64,000 nucleotides of DNA from Marsupella aquatica (Eukaryota; Plantae; Marchantiophyta). Both the position numbers and the translations under genes were made by a program. The notes below the pieces were generated by a model. It searched no databases, was not told the DNA's origin, and saw nothing but the letters and a program-made list of their open reading frames with translations. The stretch spans positions 6,265,241 to 6,329,240 of the forward strand of contig OZ316899.1 in NCBI GenBank assembly GCA_973895155.1. The letters run 5' to 3'. Of this stretch, positions 23,832-36,598 are shown in pieces; positions within the stretch are counted from its first letter, which is position 1; each line of letters opens with the position of its first letter.

Positions 23832-25149
23832 CGGCGGAGCAGGAATAGAATAGGGTTAGGAATAGCTAAGTCAGGCTATTGGGACAGGCACCTGCCTTAG
23901 TTACCGCAGCACTGCCATGTTGTCCAGCCTGCGTAGATTAGGATCTTCTAATAAGACACAGCCATTTTTTGGCCTGACAGTCAGATTAGTTAGGACCTAA
24001 GTCAGCGAATCTTCGGGCGGGAGGACACTCCGTTCCCCGGCCCTTAGTATTTAGTGCACCCCTCGGTAGAAGCAGGGGGGTTTTTAGTCTCAGAGTTGGA
24101 CATCCGTGGTATGTGCGGGGAGTCCCAACCTCTAGGAGTGAAAGAGTACCAAGGGGAGGGGATAGGACTAAGCTCGTCGGGCGAGTGCGGAGCCGGGCTC
24201 CGTTGTAGTGTACTCCCTCGGCCTTGAACCTGTTCATTCCGGAGCTGTCGGGTCAACCAAGTGTCTGCATATGTCCCCTATGTAGTAAAATCCTTTCCCA
24301 TTATTTCCTTCGTGTAAATCAAGATTGTATGCTTGTGCGCGTGTATATGTGTGTGAATCTCGTGTATAGGTGACAACGCCAGGCCGAACGCACTACCCGA
24401 GTCGTGCACGGGGTGCAGCTTGCGGGTATGTGGTTGCGAGCACGGGTTGAGGACCTGTATCATTGAATCCGGATTGAAGGCGGACAACACAAAGGCTTAG
24501 AAGTCCTTAAGCCAGGGTCGATCCTGTTATTGACTAAGGTACGTTCCGGCGGCGGAACACAAACCATACCTAGGAGATGTCCGTATCTAACAGTAGGCGC
24601 ACTTAGCGCTAGTTTATGTGAATTAGGTGCATTACGTTCTTCCCTCCCTGCCCGAACCCTCATATTTACGAAGGATGTGCCCGTTTAAAGCTGAAGCCCG
24701 AGTTAAGGTCAAGGCTGATGACGTGACACTAGGACAGAGAGCTTCCTCTATCCAGCCACGAACTGAGGTTATGGACTTTGTAGATGCCATACAAGAAGAA
24801 ATGGGTACAACACCTAAGGGTCTACCGATATCACATTCACAAGGACAGTCCTTACTGTGCTGGTGCCACCTAAATTTGTTAATTGCCTCTTTCAGTAAGT
24901 CCATCTCCACATGTTGTTTGCAGCAACAAACATTTCGGTCCTTCATCTTGCAAACATAATATGGCTTGAAGTATATGAATGACCGCATCCCTACAGACAC
25001 CCCATTCTGCTCCCTTGTGCACCAGTCACGAAATGCTGAATAGAATTGATACTGTAAACATAAAGGTTAGTTTTATTAGAAATACTATAGCAAATAGACA
25101 CCCTCAAATGTGCAGCCATACAAATCCCTAGATATCTGGGTACTACTTA

Positions 25150-26470
25150 CTTTTAGACTGAAGTCCTTCAGTAAGGGTTGGGATCCTCATTGGAAGACTA
25201 CCAGCAAAACTTAAGGACTAAAGTCCATTGGGGAGGAGTACTACAATCATTTGGTCAAAGCGCTTCACTCGTTGACAAAGGACTAGTCTATAGACATAAC
25301 ACAACCCAGGACTATAGTCCTTGACAGAGGATTAAAGTCCTTATCAAAGGACTACATAGTCCTCAGATGAGGACTAAAGACAGTCCTCGGCAAAGGAGTA
25401 AAGTACTTCAATAAGGACTACAATCCTTATACAAGGGCTAGAGTCCTAAACAAAGGAGTAAAGTACTTCAATAGGACTACAATCCTTATACAAGGGCTAG
25501 AGTCCTAAACAAAGGAGTAAAGTACTTCAATAAGGACTACAATCCTTGAATAAAGACTATAGTCCTTTACAAAGGAGTAAAGTCCTTAAGTAAGTACTAT
25601 AGTCCTTTACAAAGGAGTAAACACTTGAGTAAGGACTATAGTCCTTTACAAAGGACTACAGTTCTTGAAAGAATAAGGACTATAGTCCTTTACGAAGGCC
25701 CGTACCAAGGAGTAAAGTCCAAGGACTATTAGTAGTCCTTTTAAAAGGAGTAAAGTCCTTGAGAAAGGAGTAAAGTCCTTGAGAAAGGACTATAGTCCTT
25801 TACAAAGGAGTAAAGTTCTTGGGGAAGGACTATAGTCCTTTACAAAGTAGTAAAGTCCTTTAGTAAGGACTATTAATAGTCCTTCGCAAAGGAGTAAAGT
25901 CCTTGAGAAAAGACTATAGTCCTTTACAAAGGAGTAAAGTCCTTGGGGAAGGACTATAGTCCTTTACAAAGTAGTAAAGTCCTTTAGTAAGGACTGTTAA
26001 TAGTCCTTCACAAAGTAGTAAAGTCCTTGAGTAAGGACTATAGTCCTTTACAAAATAGTAAAGTCCTTGAGTAAGGACTATTAATAATCCTTCACAAAGG
26101 AGTGAAGTCCTTTAGAAAGGACTATAGTCCTTTACAAAGTAGTAAAGTCCTTTGATAAGGACTATATAGTCCTGGGCAAAGGAGTACAGTCCTTTGTCTA
26201 AGGGCTACAGTCCTTTTCCCAGGACTATACAGTCCTGGGCAAAGGAGTAGAGTCCTTGGCTAAGGACTACATAGTCCTTGACGCTTAGTGAAGCCCTTGG
26301 CTAAGGAGTATAGTTTTTGTCCAAGGAGTAAAGTCCTTTGACTAAGGACTTCACTGCTATCCATACTCCTGAGTCAAGGACTATATAGTCCTTAGTGATT
26401 AACTAGATAGTACTTTGCCAAGGACTCAACTCGTTTCTCATGCCAGACTTCACTTGACAAGGATTCAACA
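25150..26470. repeat. Intronic array of 16-bp palindromes AAGGACTATAGTCCTT / AAGGAGTAAAGTCCTT, about 20-bp period
   Basis: Example at 25909-25984: aaggagtaaagtcctt-gggg-aaggactatagtcctt-taca-aagtagtaaagtcctt. Dozens of units lie inside intron 25052-26717. Confidence 0.95.
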
Positions 26471-29400
26471 GTGCTTCCTGAAGGCCTAGATAGTCAGTCC
26501 TGAAGGAATTTTCCTGGAACAGAGTCCTTCCTGCTAGGCTATATAGGACGTGAGGTCTCACAAAATTATTCAGATCCTACCTTAAAGAAAAAACTAGGCA
26601 GTTATAGCAGAGCACAATGGCTAAAGCACACATGAAGGAAAACTACTTCTCAACATCTGCAGATCTTATTATGAGTTAAAATCAAAAGTGGCAAATCAAT
26701 CATGGAGAATTTCTCACCTGTGTATCCTCCAGCCAGTGCACTTGATGTGTTTCATACATTTTCCGCCCTAGTCGCAATTTGGCTTCATTGTTCTTACATG
26801 GAGAAATCCGAGTGTGGGTTTCCCAAAAGTGTTCCACCTGTTTTTGAACTTCATCAGAAATCTTATCTCGGGGTACCTTTCTTTCCCCCATAGGATAAGT
26901 TTTTTCACGATCTTCATCAATCTGCATCCTGATCTTAGATGCCCTATGAAGATTTTGCCGTTGTATACCCAAAGCTTGAGCTAGAGAGGTCTGTTGCCTT
27001 CTATCTACACATGTCTTTCCTACAAGTGCTGACAAAACTTGGTACTTTGCAGCAAGATGGTCTTTGCGCTTCCCTTGCTTCACTATGCTCAAGGTTTTCC
27101 TCACATCACATAATGCAGCAGCTACAGCCCAATCCATTTTAGGCGAACCTAGTCTTGTAGGCTGGTACTTCTTCAAGTATTTGTGCAACTAGATACTAGA
27201 TAGTACTGCCCTCCTTGCACCTACATTGAATGTAGCGGTCTTCTCCAAAATGTACCTAGCTATATCTGATAACACAATTGTAATGCACCTTCTCTTGTGG
27301 TTGGGAGTTACACCGTCTTCTGGAATAGAGCGCTTGCTCCTTTGGTACTCAAATCTCTTCCTGTCTGCATCCTTCCTCCTCTTCTCAAGAATGGAATCTT
27401 CCTGCAATTGGTCATCACAACCACAATTATCGTGCTCACCTTCATTTAGTGGATGAAGGTGGGCTGCATGCACTTGAGTGCAAGCAGTTTGGGTGCTCTG
27501 CCTTGGCATTTGAATGTGGGCGTTGACCTGTGTTGGAATGCTTGCCCTTAGGGTCCTCCGCCTAGACTCTAAAATCTCAAAATGGCATGAATGCGCAGCC
27601 TCCTTGAGATTTTCACTTTCTTCCCGGGCTGTATGCAACATCACAGCGGCAGCTTCATGAGCCTCACTAGTAATTCTCATTGCCTCTGATTGCCCAACAG
27701 CCAATAACTCTCTTTGCCTTCGGTTGCCATCAATCACTAAATCTTGACATTGCTGCTTAGCACTCTCCATCATTAGATTGCATTGTTGTTGTGTTTCATG
27801 AATCATTTTATCAGTGGGAACTGCCTGTTGACCACCTATGTGCTGACCGTTTGCTATTTGCTCTTGTCTTTTCAACTTGGATTTGCAATTTGCCAACCTT
27901 TGCTTCTCCAACCTCTCTCTTGCTAGGGCATCGGATACCTGATTAAGAGTAGCCATTTCAGCCTAATTCATGGAGCATCAAATATGTCGGGATGTTCAAC
28001 TTCCTTTACCAATCAAAGGAAGCCCACCCTCATAGAATCAAATTCACCTACGTCCCAAGGATCCAATTTCAATTCATGACTTAGAACATACCTCACAAAA
28101 TCATCACATTTAATCTCTAGACTTGCTACCCTTCCTGATCGAGTCCAATGCGACTTCTCCTCTTGAAAAAGAAAAGCCCTGAGAAAAGCCTTTCAAACTG
28201 GGAACTCCCTAAATTGTGTCGATCATCAAATACTCTGTCTAGCTAGTGTCCTTGCTTCTCCAGTCCAAAACAACTTCTCCTCTTCAAAACAAAAGCAAAT
28301 CAATTTAATTTAATGTACCTCAATTCTGTTCACGATAGCTGCCAATACTGATTTGATTGACTGCTTGACCTTCCTCTCCATGCTCTTTCTTGAAGTTCCT
28401 ATTCAGATTCAAATGTACGTCGGCAGCAAAGCTTCAAACCCTAATAAATCTGCAGCTTCATTGAACCTCCTTTTTGCACTCATTCCCCATGCTCTGAAGG
28501 CAACATGAATTTATCAGATCATGGATCTCACATCATACCACGGATCTTTCTCTTTCAATCAATTTAACCCAATCATAGAACTTTCCAAAGTTGCTACCTA
28601 TTTTGCGTTCCACAAGGCTAGGTATTTTAATGGCCACTGTTGGTCATTCCAAACTTTAACGCGACTTGAACTCTTGTTAACAACCAAAGCCTTTCAAAAT
28701 TTAAGCTACTTTGATTCTGTCAATCATCACATACTCTGTCCAACGTCCTTGCTTCTTCAGTGCAAAGAAAAATCTCCTCTTCGAAAACAAAAGCATTGAG
28801 GCATATATTTACCTCAATTCTGCCAATGATGGCTGCTAGTGAGTGATTTGAGTCAATGTTCAACCCTTTGATCCTCTTCAGACCTCCTTCGCACTCTTTC
28901 CCAAAGTTCCCGTCATCATCAGCAATGCTTCAGACCCTAATAAAACTTGCAGCTTCATCGCCCTCCTTTTTGCGCTCATTCCCCTTGCCCATGCTCAGAT
29001 TTGAATGTCATCAGCGAAGCTAGCTTCATACGCAAATTAAATCTACAGCTTGATTGGCTGTTTGGTAGAGCCTCAGGTAAACCTACCCTCCTTTGTGCAT
29101 GAGCTCATTCCCAATGCTTTGAAGGCAACACAAATTAGAACATCTTGAATCTCACATCATTGCATGACTGCTCTTGAATGAATTCTCACAGAGGCATCCA
29201 TCTTGTGCTTCATGAGGCTAACTATGGACCCTTGCGCTTGGCTTCGATACGTTCTGAACAAATTGTAGCTCGCGCGTAAGTGAGAAGGACTCTTACTCCT
29301 AGATTTTGAAAATTGCCTGCGGAACTAGTAGCGTCGATGACATTCTCCCACAGAACTAGTTGTCCAACTATAAATTACATGTCGGGACAAAAAATGAGTT

Positions 29401-30001
29401 TCCCCAAAGGACTTTGACTCCTTGTTTTTGAAAAGTCCTCCATGCAAAACTAATAGTGCCAGCACTCTCCTAGAGAACCGGTTGTCCTTCACTCATAAAT
29501 TATAGTTGTGACAAGAAAGGGGTTACCTCGGGAGCTGAAATACTAATGAATGCGTCTTATATGCATTTGATTGTTTAAGTCCTTTTTTACTTTAGATGTG
29601 CTAGTCTTGGCCATTGACAGTCCTTTGGATTAGTGAAAGGACTGGAGACTTTTTGCCTCCTTTGGTAGTCCTCAATCTTGCAATGCACCCATGGCAAAGT
29701 CTGTAAATAAACATATCCCAATGCAAAGAGCGATAAAATTATTGCTGCCAATCTCATAGCACACGTGGAAATGTTACACGACATCTCATAACACATTCAT
29801 TGAACCTTGGAATGACAAAAACATAAGGACAAGAGACCCGCAATGCAAACGACGATAATTTTATCGCTCAACTCAAGACGGGGTCATTCAAGTTTCAGTA
29901 TAATCATACCAACACCGATAAAATTATCGCAAAAGTAGTCCAAACAAAAAGTGAGCCTTCTTTAAATTGACGGCCGAGTGTACATGTGATAATGTGCCTA
30001 A

Positions 30002-30652
30002 TCAATCATCCCTTCCAATATCAAACCGCGCTACAGCGTAGCGAGAGATTAGCTTCTTGGGCCATTGGGGTATATGAGTGATCCTATGATCATAGGCCCA
30101 CAGCCAATGAAAATTTGTGGCACCAGTCTCAGGATTAACTACAGCTATTGAATATCGGCGTGATGGAATGTCACAACAGGCATTTGTGCAACACTCACAC
30201 ATCTCACCATTGTCAAGGACAGTTGTCCATCAACAAGATACATAAGCTAACCTAAATAATGCACAAAGAGGCCGAGGGGGGAGTTCATGGGTCCGGTATG
30301 AATATAGTCTCCCACTAGTGTCAATAACAAACTCGGTGGCAAGAGGATTGTCTAGCTGGTCAATCACATCATGGATCTCATCAAATGCTTTACGTCTGTT
30401 CTTGGCATAGAATTCCGGTTCATAATCAGGATTACCCTTCACAACGTGACAGCAGTGCAGAATAAGGCGTGTGACAGCACCAATTTTGAGGAAGAGCAGG
30501 ACAATGCTCTTACACCATGAAACATATCTATCCCACCGGATATAAATTATCCCCTCTTTGTGGTCAAGGTAAAAGTGATATTTATTTTGATCGAATGGTT
30601 TGACAATTAGCCTCAAAATCTTCAAAATAATTGATTGATCAAGCCTCCTCAA
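30002..30652 (-). pseudogene. Hypothetical protein with Cys-rich C-terminal part (one in-frame TGA)
   Basis: ORFs 30230-30652 and 30002-30202 are in the same frame. Weak F-box-like start (LRRLDQSIILKILRL) and a CECCTNACC motif. Confidence 0.35.
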
Positions 30653-31127
30653 CTGATCAAACAGGGCACCATTGCCCCATTCCAGAGGATCTCTCTAGGG
30701 TACATAAATGCAACACTCGAGCATGGCCTGGTCATTGAAGGGAATTCATGAGCAAATTTCAGAAAACATTTATGTAGGTGGCTTTTACAAGGTTATGAGA
30801 TGTCAGTGCATAAACATTCCAAACTCTATCGTACCTTATAAAATGAGCAGCAAAGTCAATCCACGTGTGAGGCAATTGGCAGCAGTTGATCCGCAACAAA
30901 CTGGACCACGTACAGAGCACAAAGTCAGCCAAGGGCCCTTCACATTTAAAAGGTTTCCTTACAAAAAGCTCTTCTCGAGCAAACCATCAATTGGAACAGT
31001 GGAATGTGAACTGCGATAAAATTATCGCAGCTTCATTGGGATCCCTTATCTGGTGACCCTAAACAACCATACAATCATCCTTAAATGTCTCCATACATCC
31101 CCAGAAGTGTCATCTTCCCACTTTCTC

Positions 31128-31625
31128 CTAGATTGTGCCAAACTCCATGAAACATCCGCACATTTTCATCCGAAAGGCATCCAACCAGATCAATTGGAGG
31201 GATCCAATGAGTTTCCTCTTGGAAAACCCTTGCAAAATATGAAGATTAGAGAGAACGGTAGCATTTGGAATTGTTCTTAGCAATTTGTTTATTCCGTTAA
31301 TCTCTTCAGTTGCTAATTTCAGTATGCACCAATTTTGTGTACCAATGACAAGATGGTTCCATTTCTTCGACGTTGATCCAAGACGAATGATTGTTCTTAT
31401 CCGATCAAATCGTTCTTCAACTGAAATCTTGACGTCAATATACTTATCTTCAGTGCACGACAATTTGAAGATAGGCCAAATGCGAGACTCAACGAGTTGA
31501 TCAGGAAGTCCATCCAACAAACTTCCGGATTCCATGCCGGACACTTTTCCAGCAATATGTTTCTTCTTTTCCTTCTCCAATAGGTCGGCTAACTTTGAAA
31601 CCAGCAGGTTCTCTAACACAGCCAT
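31128..31625 (-). CDS. Atypical F-box protein, same family as the 10-15 kb copies
   Basis: LLDGLPDQLVESRIWPIF ... LGSTSKKWNHLV...W..L. Confidence 0.6.
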   Translation of the reverse strand: MAVLENLLVSKLADLLEKEKKKHIAGKVSGMESGSLLDGLPDQLVESRIWPIFKLSCTEDKYIDVKISVEERFDRIRTIIRLGSTSKKWNHLVIGTQNWCILKLATEEINGINKLLRTIPNATVLSNLHILQGFSKRKLIGSLQLIWLDAFRMKMCGCFMEFGTI

Positions 31626-33560
31626 TAAGCAATCATGCCTACGACACCAGAAAAGTACCTTAAATCACCAGGTGTAGTTGATGATACCCACACTAGCAAT
31701 CCTGCAAGACAGTCGCGGACTAAAGATTAGGACTCAACTATAGTCCATTCATTTTACATGGGTCGAGCCAGAATATTGTCTTTAAGAAATCATGTTCACA
31801 AAAGGTGTCCTTACAAAACGCATCAAGAACGCAACGTTCAATGTGCAAGGTTCACCCAAGGATCGTCGTTCCAAATCTGACAACACAAGTATGCCAATTA
31901 TAGGTACTTGTTGCTTAGACGCCTATAGCAAAAGTTACAAGAAAATGCCAGAGAGTGTATACACGCTGCGAGGTATTTACAAACGATAGCAAACAGCAAA
32001 CGGTAACAGCAAACATAAACTGGTAACAGGAAATAGAAACTGTTAACAGGAAAAGGAGTGGTAATTTTTTTTGAAATTTTCTCATTTCTGAATTTTTATT
32101 TTTTTAGCCAGCACCCTGCGCTGGTAATGCTAGCGCCCAAAGCTAGCCAAAAAATGTTTTTTTTAATTTTTTTTGGAAAATGTGACTTTTTTGAAAATAT
32201 TTTTTGATTGTCATTTTTTCTGGTAACAGTAACTTTTTGCTGGTAACAGGAAAATTTTTACTGGTACCAGGAAACCTATTTCCTGTTTTCTGTCACGGGT
32301 GCCATACCCCATGCTGCCAACATCAGCCTCGAACAAATTGGAATCCCTTCCTCATTCATTCCGCAAAACTCAATCCGTAGCGGATCCAACCTATCTTCGG
32401 GAACAGAGCCACCCATCCACAACGCTCCCAAACCAAGCGGAAGAACTTTACGTTGAACTAGTCTTTTGTACAAACGATGTGCACGGTTTGCCCTATTTTG
32501 AACTTCGACGGCCATTTGTAACTGTACCTTTCCTTCATCGAGCAACCGTCTTCTTACTCCTTACAAAACTTTTCATAACAGGTACAACAATTAGGATTAG
32601 TCCTAGCTAGGAACATAAATGTGCGAGTGTGCAATAAGTTTATCGCACTTTGCATTCATCTCCAACTAGTCGTCAATTTACCATAACAATGTGAGTCACA
32701 TACGATCTAGAATCTAACAAAGGAATACAAAATGCGATAAATTTATCGCATGTTCTCCAAGATCATGATCCTAATAGAGGAATGTAAACTGCGATAAATT
32801 TATCGCCTGTTCCGGAACTAAGACAGGAAATCAGACTACGATAAATTTATCGCATGTTCTACGGGTTCTGAATCCAACAGAGCAATGTGAACTGCAATAA
32901 ATTTATCGCATGTTCACTAGAATCTCCTCGCATTGACAGTGATTAAATAGCTCGCGATGGAACCCTTACGTTGAGAATACTCAAATTGGAATGCAAGTTC
33001 CGATAAATTTATTGGTGTTTCAAGAGAAGGACTAATATGAATATACACGCGATGGAAGTTTGGTATTCTCCTAGGACAGATGTTGCTTGCTCAGGCAGAG
33101 AATAAACCTTTTATGGCCAGCTCGCTCCTCTTTATATAGTGGACGCTCCAACCATGGTTACTTTTTCCCCCTAACCATGGTTAAATTTTCCTCCTAACCA
33201 CGGTTAGGCTTGGGTTAGTGTGTGGTCGACCCCCGATTACGTGGTTGGGACCAAGTTACTCATGGTTGGGAGTTTGGGTGACTTTCAAAACTTACCAATG
33301 CCAAGCCCGATGCACGTATCGCTCCCTGTATTCCTACGACGACACAATGGCAGGAACTCATGTTTTCTCAATTCGGCGCCCGTTTTATTGCACTTTGCAT
33401 TGCCTTAGAAAAAAAAACATGTTTGGACTAAATGAGAAGTGTGTCACACTTCTCGGTCGGTCATCGTGTTTTTATTATGGTAGATATTACACTATAGGAA
33501 AATGTCATATATAAAAGTTTGTCTGGCTATTGTTTAATGTATTGATTGTGTGTGTTGTAG

Positions 33561-35368
33561 GGTTTGGATATATCTCTAGGTTGCAGATATCAGGATACCA
33601 AGCCTGCCCAACTTGTGGTCCCGATTTGGAGGGAGTGGCATGCCCAAAGTCTACCACCCTACGGAAGATAGTTTACATTGGTCACACAAAGTATCTCCCC
33701 CCAGAGCATGAATGGAGGCGTGACCCATTCTTATATGACATGGATGATGGCCAACCAGACACACACCCTCAACCAGTGCCAAGGGATCCACGCTATTGGA
33801 AGGAGGTATGGGATAGAGTGACAGACCCAGATGATCCCTTACCATTGGCCCGGTGTGGCATGACTTGTTTGTCTGCATTAATATCAAAGCTGCCATATTG
33901 GGCTGAGATGCCAATTAACCATTGTTTGACCCTATGCACATTGAGGGGAACGTTGGGAGGTCATTGATTTGCCATCTATATGGAGAGAAAGACAACAACT
34001 GGAGAGAGAGTTGTGAGGAGATGGGGATGCATGGTCCTCATGGTTTTTGGCCATCTATGGATCCTCCTAATGCCCCCCTTACAATTCACCCTCCTTGGGT
34101 ATTGACCACAGGCAAGCGGACTAAGTTCCACAATTGTATAGGGTCAATGAGGTTTCCTACCTACTACGGGGTCAATCTACGCAAGGCATTTGGGGGACCA
34201 GACTGTCCACGTTGGCCAGCTTTCTTGAAGACCCATGATTACCATCGTCTACTACAATATGTCATTCCAGTTGCCATCATTGGATTGGGTAGTGAGGATC
34301 TTTGTGATGCCCTGTGGTCATTAGGTAAGATCTTGAGGTGGGTGTGTCAAAAAGAGGTGAATGAGGATGAGATTGCAGCTATGGACCTGTTTGGAGTGGA
34401 GGTATTGTGCAAGTTGGAGAGGGCACTCCCTCCTTCATTCTTTGACGGCCAAGTTCACTTCCTCCTACACCTAGTGCGTGAGGTTGGCATTGCAGGGCCG
34501 GTACATTGTCGTTGGATATACTTGGTAGAGCGGTATATGGGAGTGATGAAGTCATATGTGTCAAATCGTGCGAGAGTGGAAGGTAGCATCGCTGAGAGGA
34601 GCAAAGAGCATGTTTTAGTGTACAAACATTGTAGCTACACTTGATCCTAGTGCACCAAGGGGGTGGATAGACAAGGCATCAAGGGAAGCAAACTTTGAGG
34701 ATGACCGTCTCACAGGGGCAAAGGGAGAATGACTTTTGGGCTCAGCTGAGCTCCTTCAACTCACTACATTTATGTTGCATAACTTGCCTGAGATTGCGGG
34801 AGATTGGACAACTTTTTATGAGGAGGAAAAGGCAAATGGTCATCGGCCACGCATCTTCCCCAAGTTTGTCCCATACATGAGGGCAAAGTTGACCGAGATT
34901 GATGCCTTGTTGGAGCAAGGGGAGAGCGTGTTAGACTTTCCTTTGGTTACAGACAGCCTTCGCATCTTGGTTCATGGACCATTACTCACGGTGACAACTC
35001 GGACTGCCATGTGATCAAAGGGAAGACATTTTTGTGTGAAACGGCTTGATGAGAAGAGGGCAGCTACACAGGATTGTGGGGTCATGGGTTGGTTCACCCA
35101 AGATTCACAAAGTAGCACATCTGATAGGAATCCAATACGCTCTATAGTGGCCCACTATGGCAAGATTGAAGAGATGTTGACAGTGCGTTATCATGCACAC
35201 ACCACTTTGGAGGAGGTGGTGTTGAAGTGTAAATGGTTTTGGATGAACCTTGTTGGCCATAACCAAACTTGCAAAGAGGATGCTTGTGGGTTCACAAGGT
35301 TGAAGACAGGTGCAAATAGTGTCATTAGCTCAACTTGGAGAACCTCTAATCCATTTGCATTCCCCCAT
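33561..35368 (+). pseudogene. CACTA/EnSpm TnpD (Tnp2-family) transposase, 5'-truncated and frameshifted
   Basis: GYQACPTC, YIGHTKYLPPEHEWR, LPYW...DPMHIEGNV, LKTHDYHRLLQ, PPSFFD..VH.LLHL, GPVHCRWIY..ERYM, NRARVEGSIAE, and HYGKIEE...LKCKWF. Confidence 0.9.
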
Positions 35369-36598
35369 TGGTGGATTGCATGATTGAGGACTACCATTTT
35401 TGTCCTTTTTCTCCTAGACAAGGACTCAAGTCCTTTCCATGTTGCATTAAATGTGCAACATATCCCTCAATGGCCAAGATTGAAAATTCACAGATCAATG
35501 GCTAGAATTAAATGATTGAGAAATGATTCCATTATAACCATTTTTGGATTTAGTAGCCTAGAACTCTAATTTAAGTCATAAAGTACTTACATGCAAGAAG
35601 TGTTTAATAAATGTCCTTGGGGAAGTAGCCTGCATGAATTGACTTTGGAAAGTGGACGATAATTATGTCCTATTGTCCCGCGTCGTCAAGGACTATTTGA
35701 AAACAAGGACTCCAAGTCCTTCCATCCTAGCCGCAACAATAACAATAGTGGTAAGGACTTGTGGACGCGGCAAGTTTTATCAACATTCCACAATTTCTTG
35801 AACTTTTTGATGGTGAAAACCGAGCTTGAAAACCATAGTTGCCGAAATCAAAAAGTAGTGAACATTTCAACGTCGGGTGAGGAAGGGAGAGCGACAATGG
35901 TTAGCAAGATAATCTGAGGTCTACCTTCCATGGACGCATTGATTCACATTGATCGCAATTGATTTAGAGGACTCTCGTTCAAACCATTGAGAATATAGGG
36001 GAGCTTTCATTGTGAATAGCTTGAAGCTAGACATTGGCAATCAGTGGAGGAGGTTTGAAAGGAGCTTTGTTGGCAACACAGGCAAGGTAGTGAAGGAAGT
36101 TCAATTTGAGGGGAGCTTTTTTGACAGTCAAACTGTACAATAGCTTGGTATGTTAAACGTCATTTGCAAATTATGGATTAAGTTTGAATTGAACAGCTAT
36201 ATCAGAAATCTATTCTTCAAATGGTGTCTTAAGCTTCCATTGGTCGCCTTAGGTTTGGTTTGCGGAATCATGAAACTCTCAAAACAATGGCTAGCTTTGT
36301 TTTGGTTCCCTTAGCTGACTTTCAATAGGTCATAGCGCCCTGTTTGTAGTTTTCAAACAACTATACCAATGAATCACAGATTGAGTACAAGCCTTCTCAA
36401 AACTTTTAAAGTGACTTGTCATTTGTATAAATTGGATGGAGGGCGCGCGGTTGGCCTGAAGCCAATGGAGGAAACTTTACCTGCAAGTCATTGGTGATTG
36501 AACATCCATTTTCAATCCGCAACAGGCTTGAGGTAATTACTGTAGGTGTGCGCCCGATGGTAGTTGAAGTTTTCACCATTGAACACTAGCTTTCCTCA

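Larger units (their letters stand above)
20716..24728. mobile_element. 4,013-bp solo-LTR-like insertion (TG...CA, 5-bp TSD CTAGG)
   Basis: CTAGG at 20711-20715 and 24729-24733. Ends are TGTGACG...CGTGACA. Removing it restores the transposase reading ALCP-RLPENEW. No gag/pol and no terminal direct repeat. Confidence 0.8.
20260..27956 (-). pseudogene. Sola2-like transposase copy A: coiled-coil N-terminus, Cys-rich region, start of DDE core
   Basis: Exon 27956-26718 (one TAG at 27189), intron 26717-25052, then YQFYSAFRDWC...KPYYVCKMKDRNVCCCKQH...ALCP|insert|RLPENEWHQKAC...SSIDFSENYTFLPQNEIQSQHWDNKQ. Confidence 0.75.
20260..29690 (-). mobile_element. Sola2-like DNA transposon, copy A (3' part displaced by Bianca 1; contains the solo-LTR insertion)
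   Basis: The minus-strand terminus GGGTGCATTGCAAGATTGAGGACTACCA at 29690 matches the plus-strand TGGTGGATTGCATGATTGAGGACTACCA at 35369. Its transposase is homologous to 59817-62268. The Sola2 name rests on my recollection of the DF.ENY...Q.EIQ..HW...SDG..Q motifs and GRG termini. Confidence 0.6.
29730..33015. repeat. Dispersed 16-bp palindrome GCGATAAATTTATCGC (about 10 copies)
   Basis: Copies at about 29730, 29852, 29915, 31013, 32631, 32734, 32791, 32838, 32894 and 33001. Confidence 0.9.

Noticed and set aside
25150-26470. CRISPR-like array of palindromic repeats
   Set aside because: Spacers are only about 4 nt and are themselves repeated, no cas genes are present, and the array lies in a spliceosomal intron.
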